Shown in pieces: positions 38,220 through 46,473 of a stretch of DNA of 64,000 bases (position 1 is its first letter; every line of letters starts with the position of its first letter). This DNA comes from Actinomycetota bacterium (GTDB lineage: Bacteria > Actinomycetota > Acidimicrobiia > Spongiisociales > UBA5794), in assembly GCA_013151445.1 (NCBI GenBank), contig JAADIG010000022.1:1347-65346 (forward strand), written 5' to 3'. The notes under the pieces are model-generated. The model was given only the letters and a program-made list of their open reading frames with translations. It did no database searches and was not told the DNA's origin. The position numbers and the translations under genes are program-made.

Positions 38220-38754
38220 TCTTGTGTGGGCCGAGAGGTTCCGAGGCTGGCGAAATAAGCTCGATGATCATGTTGTCTGGTGACTCGAGTGGGTATTCCG
38301 GCTTCGCATTGGGTAGGGCGGCGACGGTTCCCTCGCGACCTGCGATTATTTGCTGATGGGATTCAACACCGGCAAGAACCAGTCGAACGACCTTGCGAAG
38401 TTCTTCGCTTGATGGTTCGTGGAGAGCGGCGGCGTCGTCCTCCAATGTCGAAATGATCGTCACGCCACGTTTGCGAAGGTCCCAAATCAGGATCTCCTGA
38501 GCGATCTTGTCTCCGGCGAAAACCGCAAGGTTGGAAACAACGACAGCATCGGGTTCGCCGGTTTCGATGATGCCGAGCATGGCACGCAACCCATCGCGGC
38601 CAAGTTCGTGGCCAGCGGTTCGGATGTCCTGGCATATTGCCACGACATGATGCCCGTGTTTGTTGGCCCACAAACGAATCGCTTCGTTTTGGGCATAGGC
38701 AATCTCACTTACGGTTGCGTCCGCGATCTCACGAACGTACCCCACGACGCGCAT
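38200..38754 (-). CDS. resolvase/invertase N-terminal catalytic-domain-only protein (no DNA-binding domain)
   Basis: MRVVGYVREIADATVSEIAYAQ, and later DAVVVSNLAVFAGDKIAQEILIWDLRKRGVTIISTLE, follow the serine-recombinase catalytic-domain pattern (YxRVSTxxQ ... lvv..ldRl.R). The nucleophile region is altered. No HTH C-terminal domain is present. Confidence 0.55.
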   Translation of the reverse strand: MRVVGYVREIADATVSEIAYAQNEAIRLWANKHGHHVVAICQDIRTAGHELGRDGLRAMLGIIETGEPDAVVVSNLAVFAGDKIAQEILIWDLRKRGVTIISTLEDDAAALHEPSSEELRKVVRLVLAGVESHQQIIAGREGTVAALPNAKPEYPLESPDNMIIELISPASEPLGPHKITPGRP

Positions 38755-38853
38755 TGTGGGCTCCGATCTCTTTCTTGTTGCAGTCTTGCATTGTTACGCA
38801 GCGTGGTCAATCACCACGGTCCGCAGCCACCCGATCCTGGTACGCTCCTCGCC

Positions 38854-39357
38854 ATGGCAAGGGCGCTGGTTCTCAACGCCACCTATGAGCCGCTTGCCGT
38901 TGTCTCGACTCGAAGGGCGATCGTTCTCGTGCTTCGGAGCCGGGCCGACGTCGTTGCGTCTCACACGGCGGTATGGCGGAGCGAACGGACTTCACTGGTC
39001 GCTCCCGCTGTCGTTCGCCTACGCAACTACGTCTATGTGTCGCGTCAGCGCACGATTACACCGTCACGGCGTTCGGTGTTCTTTCGCGATGACCACGAGT
39101 GCCAGTACTGCGCACGACCGGCCGAGAACCTCGACCATGTAACACCGAAGTCTCAAGGTGGGGCACACACCTGGGGCAACGTCGTCGCGGCTTGCCGGCG
39201 ATGCAATTCCCGCAAAGGGGGGCGCACCCCCGAACAGGCGGGGTTGATGCTGCGCCGGCCGCCGCGAGAACCGATGTACTCACTTGCCCTGGCTCTCGGT
39301 CTTACCAGCGTGCCCCATCCGCAGTGGGAACCGTACCTCGATCTTCAGAGGGTGTGA
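38854..39357 (+). CDS. HNH endonuclease family protein
   Basis: DDHECQYCARPAENLDHVTPKSQGGAHTWGNVVAACRRCNSRKG has the HNH motif with zinc-binding Cys pairs. Conserved N-terminus MARALVLNATYEPLAVVS. The listed ORF from 38419 is trimmed to the first ATG after the divergent gene. Confidence 0.75.
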   Translation: MARALVLNATYEPLAVVSTRRAIVLVLRSRADVVASHTAVWRSERTSLVAPAVVRLRNYVYVSRQRTITPSRRSVFFRDDHECQYCARPAENLDHVTPKSQGGAHTWGNVVAACRRCNSRKGGRTPEQAGLMLRRPPREPMYSLALALGLTSVPHPQWEPYLDLQRV

Positions 39358-39370
39358 CGACGCTCGGGTC

Positions 39371-40867
39371 CTAGGACCCTGTCGTTGGGGTTGCCGGGTA
39401 ACACGTTGGAGTGATGTCGGCGGGATCCAGTGCCGATGCGGTGATGGGCGCATTGAAGGCTTCGACCGACGAACAGATGTAGCGGTTGCTCGCCGATTGA
39501 GTGATGAAGTATATGAAACCGTCGATATCGGGATGGGTATCCCAATACACGGTCCCGATGCCGGCACCGTCCGCCGGTGGGGTGGTGTTGTCACGAGCCT
39601 CAAACGTGATATTTGGAGCAAAGGCCTTGAGGTCAGCGCTCGTGATCCCCTTGAAGTCTCCGCGAGCATCGAAGAGAAGGCCTGCGCCCGCCAATGCCTC
39701 GTCGAGCAAGCCGGTCGCGGCACTATCGAGTGTTGCCTTGGAAACAACGGGTGTCTCCCCACGCACGAGGAACTTTGATGCCGGAGCGAATGAATATGGC
39801 GTTGGTGCTCCCTGGAATCCAAGATCGCAAAAGCGTGGGGATACGTTCACCGTGCTGGGAACGTTCGTGAGATCGACCCAGACTGTCTCGCCAAGCGGTG
39901 TCTCGATATAGACACCGGACGGCAAGGCATTGATGTCAACCATGCGGGCGTCGCGCGGGGCTGCAAAGACGAGGGCCCTGTCCTCGTCAAAGGCCGGCGG
40001 TATGAAGGAACCAAATCCAGAGGCGCGGGGGAGTGTTTCGCTTTCACCACGGAATGTTTCGACACTCGCTGCGGCGGCAGAACCATCGGCCCACTGGACG
40101 ATGATGGATGGATCGGGATACATGGATGCGGGCCAGCGATAGTCCGTGTGAGTGGTGTTGTCGACTGCGAACGTGACCGTCATGATGTGCGATACGGTTT
40201 CGATCTGCGGGTCGCCACAGATAAATGAACCGATGCCCGTGGCGGTGAGGTTGACACCATCGTCGTAGGCAAACGACTCACCGATTTGAACGGTAGACGC
40301 TGTAGGCGCATCCCATGCGACCGCGGTTTCTACCGAAAGCAGATCCCAGCTTGCGGCCACAGTGTCGCCGTTCAGAGCCTCGATACTCAATTCGGAAATA
40401 GAATCCGTAGGGACCTGGAACCCAATGGTCCAGCGAGCAGATAAGCCAGGTTTGATCGAGATAATGTCGGCGCCGGGTGCGGACCCGTACTGGGGCCGCC
40501 AGATGTCGAGGATGTGGGTGTCGCCGTTCGCGTCACGAAGCGCGAGGTCCGGGTAGCCGTTGCCATCGAGAAAGATTGCATCGGAAAAGATAATCGGTGT
40601 CTCGCCGGTGTTCTGTAAGGAAAGTGAGGCGCGCACCTCGGTGTAACCGAGGCGGGTGGGAGAGGGGTCGGTGAAAGCACGAGTAATGCTCATTGAGTAT
40701 TCCGACCCAGCGAATACCTGGCCGAGGGTGAGCTCGGCTGTCGGTGCCGTGATCGTCTCGGCATCATCTGTTTGAAGTGAGTACGCGGGAGCTGTGCGCG
40801 GTGTGATTCCGGTCGACGCGGCTACGACAAGCAACGCGCCAAGAGCGATAAACCCCTTCTTCAGCAT
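39371..40867 (-). CDS. secreted protein of unknown function (499 aa)
   Basis: Signal peptide MLKKGFIALGALLVVAASTGITP, preceded by AAGGA. Five Cys, beta-rich composition. No motif I can recognise. Confidence 0.6.
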   Translation of the reverse strand: MLKKGFIALGALLVVAASTGITPRTAPAYSLQTDDAETITAPTAELTLGQVFAGSEYSMSITRAFTDPSPTRLGYTEVRASLSLQNTGETPIIFSDAIFLDGNGYPDLALRDANGDTHILDIWRPQYGSAPGADIISIKPGLSARWTIGFQVPTDSISELSIEALNGDTVAASWDLLSVETAVAWDAPTASTVQIGESFAYDDGVNLTATGIGSFICGDPQIETVSHIMTVTFAVDNTTHTDYRWPASMYPDPSIIVQWADGSAAAASVETFRGESETLPRASGFGSFIPPAFDEDRALVFAAPRDARMVDINALPSGVYIETPLGETVWVDLTNVPSTVNVSPRFCDLGFQGAPTPYSFAPASKFLVRGETPVVSKATLDSAATGLLDEALAGAGLLFDARGDFKGITSADLKAFAPNITFEARDNTTPPADGAGIGTVYWDTHPDIDGFIYFITQSASNRYICSSVEAFNAPITASALDPADITPTCYPATPTTGS

Positions 40868-40960
40868 GTTCGGTTCCTTCGGTAGATGTGAGCGATCCAC
40901 ACAATCGCTGCTGCCTCATCAATCTTGGCGAGGCGCGGTCACTCTACCTACGAAGAACGC

Positions 40961-40982
40961 GAAAACCGGGGATATCCCGGCC
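40961..40982 (-). terminator. putative intrinsic terminator downstream of usp
   Basis: On the minus strand GGCCGGG-atatc-CCCGG is followed by TTTTC (plus coordinates: stem 40966-40970 / 40976-40980, T-run complement 40961-40965). The stem is short. Confidence 0.3.
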
Positions 40983-40999
40983 GATGGCAAATCGAGAAA

Positions 41000-41518
41000 C
41001 TAGTGCCCTGTCCGAATAAGAATCACGGCGCACTTGGCGTGTCGGGCAACCCGGGTGCTCGTCGACCCCAGGAGACCTTCGAAGAGGCCCTGTCCATGCG
41101 TGCCCGTAATGACCGCCCCGGGGTTATCCGTGTCGATGTACTCCAGGATGACTTTCGCCGCGTTGGTGCCTTCGATTGCCAACGACGACGCCTCGATACC
41201 CTGAGCCTTGAGGGCGTCGGTGATCGGTTTGCAGCGTTCGATACGTTTGTCTCCGAGGTAGCGCTCGATGATGGCATCATCACCGGGCCAGCCAGTCGGA
41301 CCAGAACCCACGCTCGAATCCGACCCGACGTACTCGGCATCTGCGTCGATCTGTATCGGCGCTTGTTCACCGAAAATGGTGCGCAGGTCGGTGAGTAAGT
41401 TGCGGGGGATGACGACTGCGGTGAGAACGGTCACCGCGTCTTCCCCAGCCAGCGGTGCGGCGAACGCCACAACATCGTCGACTGCGAGTTGACCATCAGT
41501 TGCTACGACGACGTGCAC
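41000..41518 (-). CDS. universal stress protein (UspA family)
   Basis: C-terminal ATP-binding motif GTHGQGLFEGLLGSTSTRVARHAKCAVILIR. Confidence 0.8.
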   Translation of the reverse strand: MHVVVATDGQLAVDDVVAFAAPLAGEDAVTVLTAVVIPRNLLTDLRTIFGEQAPIQIDADAEYVGSDSSVGSGPTGWPGDDAIIERYLGDKRIERCKPITDALKAQGIEASSLAIEGTNAAKVILEYIDTDNPGAVITGTHGQGLFEGLLGSTSTRVARHAKCAVILIRTGH

Positions 41519-41553
41519 ATCGGCTCCTTCACTAGCGCGTTGATCGCCGCATC

Positions 41554-42337
41554 CTAGGCGTTTCGCCCGAAGGTTTCCTGGAGTCGATCGAGCGTCGGCG
41601 TGGCGAGGCCTGCCTCGCGAGCGTGGCGAATGACCCGTTCCAGCCTGGCCGGTGCCGAACGACCGGTCGTTCCGTGTCCGGGATCGGCATTGAATGCTTC
41701 GACCATGCCATCGTAGAGGCGGTCCTCGGCGAGCGATTCACCGACAAGCCACGACTGGACCGCCAGGACTTCGTCGCCCACAGCCCGGGCAAGGGTGTTG
41801 TGAGCGGTCCATAGGTCACCCACGCTGCCGCCGACCTCGAGGCCGGCGATATTGGCGACCAGGATGTATAGGTTCTTGCGGACCATCTCCGCGACCTGTT
41901 CATGTGCCGACACGGTGCGGGCCGGAATGCCGACATTCCGAAGCCCCGCGACGAGGAGCTCTGCCGCCGGTCCAGCGATCGGAGTTGGAATGATCGGGTT
42001 CACCGGTGTGCCGGGTTTCTTCTCAAACCAGACGACGGCGACCGTCGGGTCCACGAGGTTGTACTCCTCCCACGAACGCGGAAGGAGTTCATTCTGCACC
42101 AGGCACGCGCGTGTCCGCCACTGCGTGGGAAGCGAGGCGAGTGCGGCGCCAAGGTCGTTCTCACCGACAGCGATCACCACGACATCGGGATCGGGAACCC
42201 GATTAGCGACATCGTGCACGGGTGTGGTGCGCAACACCGGAACTACGGTGTGGCCCAGTGAAAGCAACGCTTTCGCAAACACCCCTCCGAGTTCCCCGAT
42301 GCCAACAACTACTGATGTGTGGGGGGTGGAGTTCATG
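41554..42337 (-). CDS. ketopantoate reductase (ApbA/PanE) family-like NAD(P)-dependent oxidoreductase
   Basis: N-terminal Rossmann VVVGIGELGGVFAKAL, a K-N block VRKNLYILVANIAGL resembling PanE catalytic Lys/Asn, and a C-terminal helical domain. Start at ATG 42337. The long listed N-terminus into the mraZ promoter region is rejected. Confidence 0.5.
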
Positions 42338-42613
42338 GCAAGATCGTACACCCGGGGTCGGACTCCGATCTCGGACGGCGAGTCCCGATCCGCGGTTGAT
42401 CTCGTTCCGGCCGCTGCTGACGGCATCGTGATTGTCCGGGTATGTGACCGGGCCGCTCTTGGATGGTGTCGACATGGACGAGCCTCGATGTTGATACCCC
42501 CGCTTGCAACACCGATTCGCTCGCGTTGGTTACGCCGACGGTGTCTGGATGGCCGGTGTGATGGTTCGGGGTATGGGGCTGCGGGGGTGGTCGGGGGCAA
42601 GGATTGGGGGACC

Positions 42614-42670
42614 GTGGGGAGAAAGGGTTGACAAGTGGCGCGAAGTGGGGCAAAGTGGGGACCCGTGGAA
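42614..42670 (+). promoter_or_regulatory. MraZ-type operator: direct repeats GTGG[GC]G at 10-bp periodicity overlapping a TTGACA -35 element
   Basis: GTGGGG at 42614, GTGGCG at 42635, GTGGGG at 42645 and 42655, and GTGGAA at 42665, with the last four at exact 10-bp phase. TTGACA at 42628-42633. These lie 26-80 nt upstream of the mraZ GTG start. Confidence 0.5.
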
Positions 42671-42695
42671 ATGAAGACATTGGAGACCCCTACCC

Positions 42696-43130
42696 GTGTT
42701 TCTTGGCGAGTACGAACATGCATTGGACGACAAGGGTCGTTTGGTCATGCCGCGCAAGTACCGGGATCTGCTCGATGGTGGTTGTGTGATCACCAAGGGG
42801 CAGGACAACTGTCTCGTTGTCTTCACCATGGAACGATGGACCGAAGAAGCCGCTCGTGTGTCTGCACTTCCGCGGACCGATCGGAAAGCTCGAAGCTTTC
42901 GCCGTTCGTTCTTCGCCAATGCGACGGACCAGACGCTCGACAAACAGGGACGCATGCAGCTTCCCGAGAAACTCCGCGAGTATGCGGGACTCGGCAAGGA
43001 CGTCACGATCGTGGGTAACGCCGATTACATCGAACTGTGGTCTTCGACTGCCTGGGATGATGCCCTCGCGGAGGCCGACGATTTCTACGCAGACATTGAT
43101 GATGCTCTCAACGTTGGTGAGGGCATCTGA
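42696..43130 (+). CDS. mraZ: transcriptional regulator MraZ
   Basis: Duplicated SpoVT/AbrB-like halves with DDKGRLVMP and DKQGRMQLP motifs. Confidence 0.9.
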   Translation: MFLGEYEHALDDKGRLVMPRKYRDLLDGGCVITKGQDNCLVVFTMERWTEEAARVSALPRTDRKARSFRRSFFANATDQTLDKQGRMQLPEKLREYAGLGKDVTIVGNADYIELWSSTAWDDALAEADDFYADIDDALNVGEGI

Positions 43131-43271
43131 TGTGGATACCCAACCGACACAACGAACACTTACAGACGTCTCGCCGGAGTTCAGGCCCATGGTCAGCTCC
43201 TCGGATGCCAATTGGAAGGCCCCTTACTCCGCCCGCTTTCATATTGGCGCCAGCGCTCCGAGGAGCTGACC

Positions 43272-44216
43272 ATGGATCGAGAACACCACGAGACGTCCTA
43301 TCACCAGCCGGTAATGCTCGAAGAGGTCATCGATCTCTTCAGGCCAGTTCCGCCGGGCTGGATCGTCGACGCGACACACGGTGGGGGAGGACACACCCGG
43401 GCATTGCTGGCGGCACTTCCCGAGATCAACGTCCTGGGGGTCGACCGCGACCCCGACGCGGCGGCACAGGTCCGGGTCGACCCGCGACTTCGATTTATAC
43501 AGGGGAATTTCGGGGCTCTGCAAAGTTTGCTCAGCCAGGCTCTTCCAGAAAGGCAAGCTCAGCATGACATCAGTGGTTTTCTCTTCGACCTCGGCGTCTC
43601 CTCGCATCAACTCGACGTTCCCGAACGCGGGTTCTCCTACCATCGGAAAGGTCCACTCGACATGCGAATGGGTCCGGACGCTGCCGTCGCGGCACGTGAC
43701 GTCGTCAACGGATATGGAGTGGACGATCTTGCGAGGATCTTTCGTCGCTTCGGTGAAGAACGATTCGCTCGCAGAATTGCTGCTGCGATCGTCGCGCAAC
43801 GTCCGATCGGCGATACCGCGACGCTCGCCACGGTGGTTGCCGAGGCCGTCCCCGCTGCTGCCCGTCGACGGAGGCACCCAGCTCGGAGGGTCTTCCAGGC
43901 GCTCAGGATCGAAGTCAACCAAGAACTCCAAGCCGTCGAAGCGGCGCTGGATGTCGCGCTCGAGTCAGTCTGCGTAGGGGGTCGCATCGTGGTCATGGCC
44001 TACCACTCTCTTGAGGATCGAATCGTGAAACGACGTTTTGCCGCGGCATTGGAGGGTTGCACGTGTCCACCCGAGATTGCGGTGTGTGTCTGCGGCAAGG
44101 TTGCGCAATTCAAGAAGGTGACTCGCAAGCCGATTCGTCCCTCGGAGGGCGAGATTGAAGAGAACCCTCGGGCGCGTAGCGCGGTGTTGCGTGCCGTTGA
44201 ACGGATATCGATATGA
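43272..44216 (+). CDS. rsmH: 16S rRNA (cytosine1402-N4)-methyltransferase RsmH
   Basis: HQPVMLEEV...DATHGGGGH motif. GAGGAG Shine-Dalgarno before ATG 43272. Confidence 0.9.
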   Translation: MDREHHETSYHQPVMLEEVIDLFRPVPPGWIVDATHGGGGHTRALLAALPEINVLGVDRDPDAAAQVRVDPRLRFIQGNFGALQSLLSQALPERQAQHDISGFLFDLGVSSHQLDVPERGFSYHRKGPLDMRMGPDAAVAARDVVNGYGVDDLARIFRRFGEERFARRIAAAIVAQRPIGDTATLATVVAEAVPAAARRRRHPARRVFQALRIEVNQELQAVEAALDVALESVCVGGRIVVMAYHSLEDRIVKRRFAAALEGCTCPPEIAVCVCGKVAQFKKVTRKPIRPSEGEIEENPRARSAVLRAVERISI

Positions 44217-44626
44217 CCGCTCGACCGGCACAACGTGGTTTTCCGGTTCCTGGTGCGAGGACGGCATCGGGCCTCGGGCAGATGCGCAAAACCGTACGCG
44301 ACGTACAGCCATTTGTCATCTTTTCGCTCCTCGTCGTCATTGCATTTTTTGCGTCGATTTCTTCTCGCGTCTCACTTGACTCGAAGGCCTTTGAACTCGA
44401 GGAGCTCGAGTCGTCTATCAGCACCGAACAGGCACGGTACTTCGACTTGCAGTTGGAGCTCGCCCGTCTGCAGGCACCGGATCAAATACTCGATCGTGCT
44501 CTCACGATGGGGATGGTCTACCCGACAGATCGCACGGTTGTTGAGGTGCGGTTGTCCTCGGATCTTGTCGAGGGAGATGAATACCGATGGGCGGAGCTGA
44601 AAGCTCTCCTTAGCGCCCAGCCATGA
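44213..44626 (+). CDS. ftsL: cell division protein FtsL-like (single TM plus coiled coil)
   Basis: Position between rsmH and ftsI, a TM helix FVIFSLLVVIAFFASI followed by a coiled coil. ATGA overlap with rsmH. Confidence 0.7.
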   Translation: MTARPAQRGFPVPGARTASGLGQMRKTVRDVQPFVIFSLLVVIAFFASISSRVSLDSKAFELEELESSISTEQARYFDLQLELARLQAPDQILDRALTMGMVYPTDRTVVEVRLSSDLVEGDEYRWAELKALLSAQP

Positions 44627-44736
44627 CCGTGAGCGCGGCCTGTGCTGGGCCGAGCGCCGACGAGAACCAAGACCGAGCGGAGAAGACGTGAGCAATATGA
44701 TTTCACAGGTGCGCACCCCCATGGTGGTGGTACACA

Positions 44737-46473
44737 ATGGCTGATCCGCAGTGGAGAGTACCCGACGTACGCGTGGCTCTGGTGGGTGTCGCGATCGTTT
44801 TCGCCTGGCTCTGGGTTGGGGTCTCCCTGTACCGCGTACAGGTTGTCGAGTCCGGCCAATGGGCCGAGTATGGTGCCGAACAGAGGGTGCGTTCGCGCGA
44901 GATCCCCGCTCCACGGGGAACGATCTACGACCGTAGTGGTCAGGCGATCGCGATGTCCGTCGCCGCGACCGATGTCATCGCGAACCCCTCCGAAATCTCT
45001 GATCCAGCTGGTGTCGCACAGGTGCTCGCACCACTGCTTGCAATGGACGTCCAGGACCTCGAGACCAAACTAACTGGCAACGCCCAGTACGCCATGTTGA
45101 CGCGTCGGCTTGACCGCGTGGATGCACTAGAGATCGAAAAACTCATGGACGACCTCGATATTCGAGGCGTGTACTTCCGTGACCAACCGGCTCGGGTCTA
45201 CCCGTCGGAGGACTTCGCATCTCAGGTCGTGGGGTTCGTCCAGGCCGACACGCTGGAGGGACTTGAGGGACTCGAGCGTTTGTACGATGCGGAACTCGCC
45301 GGAACCCCCGGGTACCAAACCGACGAAAGAGACCCGTACGGGAACCCGATATTGCAGGGTGACTCGGAGATCATTCCCGCAGTCCCCGGCGTCGACATAC
45401 GCACAACACTCGACCCGGGAATCCAGATCGCCGCACAGGAGGCGCTTGCTCTTGCTGTTGAAGAGTCATCGGCGACTGCCGGATGGGCGGTGGTACTCGA
45501 TGTCGCGACGGGTGATGTTCTCGCCATGGCCACCGCACCGACCTTCAACCTCAACGACCGCACCAACGTGGACCGCGAGACGTTCCGCAACCGGGTCGTC
45601 ACCGACCAGTTCGAACCCGGTTCGACACTCAAGGTTCTGACCATTGCAGCGGCGATCGAGGAAGGAATTGTCACCCCCGACACCGAGTTCACGCTTCCTG
45701 CGACCTTGGAGATCGCCAGGAAGAAGTACTCGGATGTTGGGCGGAAGGACGAGCGGGTGATGTCGGTTCGTGACATCGTCGCCAAGTCGTCCAACGTGGG
45801 AACGATCACGGTGCAGCAACTGCTTGGTAACGAGAAACATTGGGAGTATCTCAACCGGATCGGACTGGGGCGTCGGACAACGTCACATATCCCGGGAGAG
45901 GTCTCCGGGCTCCTTCATCCGGTGAAGGACTGGTGTGACTCGGTCTGTGGTCCATCCACCGGTATCGGGTATCGCGTCAATGTCACCCTGCTGCAAATGG
46001 CAGCGGTATTTGCGACCGTGGCCAACGACGGTGTCTGGATTGAGCCGCATGTTATCGACGAGGAAATCTTCCCGGACGGGACCCGGACGACGTTCCAGCC
46101 GATCGAGCGACCCGTCTTCTCCGAGGAAACCGCTCGGACGATGCGGGAACTGCTCGCTGGTGTTGTGGAAGGGGGCACGGGTCGCCGTGCAGCCGTCGAG
46201 GGATATCGAGTCGGCGGAAAAACCGGTACGACCCAGAAGTATCTCGAAGCCGAAGGCGGCTATTCCGACACAGCCGTCGTTGCAAGTTTCATTGGCATTG
46301 CCCCCATCGACAACCCGAGGATCGTTGTCGCCGTTGTGCTCGACTCGCCGACCGGTGAGCGTATCGAAGGGGACCGTGCGGTGAGCCTGAGTTATGGGGG
46401 CGTTTCGGCAGCCCCCGTATTCGCAGCCATCGTCAAGGCCGCAATGCACGGGCTCGGGGTTCCACCGGAATGA
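44737..46473 (+). CDS. ftsI: peptidoglycan D,D-transpeptidase FtsI (class B PBP)
   Basis: N-terminal TM, PBP dimerisation domain, then transpeptidase motifs STLK, SSN and KTGT. Confidence 0.9.
   Translation: MADPQWRVPDVRVALVGVAIVFAWLWVGVSLYRVQVVESGQWAEYGAEQRVRSREIPAPRGTIYDRSGQAIAMSVAATDVIANPSEISDPAGVAQVLAPLLAMDVQDLETKLTGNAQYAMLTRRLDRVDALEIEKLMDDLDIRGVYFRDQPARVYPSEDFASQVVGFVQADTLEGLEGLERLYDAELAGTPGYQTDERDPYGNPILQGDSEIIPAVPGVDIRTTLDPGIQIAAQEALALAVEESSATAGWAVVLDVATGDVLAMATAPTFNLNDRTNVDRETFRNRVVTDQFEPGSTLKVLTIAAAIEEGIVTPDTEFTLPATLEIARKKYSDVGRKDERVMSVRDIVAKSSNVGTITVQQLLGNEKHWEYLNRIGLGRRTTSHIPGEVSGLLHPVKDWCDSVCGPSTGIGYRVNVTLLQMAAVFATVANDGVWIEPHVIDEEIFPDGTRTTFQPIERPVFSEETARTMRELLAGVVEGGTGRRAAVEGYRVGGKTGTTQKYLEAEGGYSDTAVVASFIGIAPIDNPRIVVAVVLDSPTGERIEGDRAVSLSYGGVSAAPVFAAIVKAAMHGLGVPPE

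Noticed and set aside
38419-38853. 145-codon upstream extension of the HNH endonuclease ORF
   Set aside because: It would overlap the divergent resolvase-like gene and its start. The conserved HNH-family N-terminus MARALVLNATYEPL begins at ATG 38854.
42338-42723. 128-codon upstream extension of the panE-like ORF reaching the mraZ start
   Set aside because: The extension translates the G-rich mraZ promoter and operator region (poly-Pro/Gly). The Rossmann motif begins 10 aa after ATG 42337.
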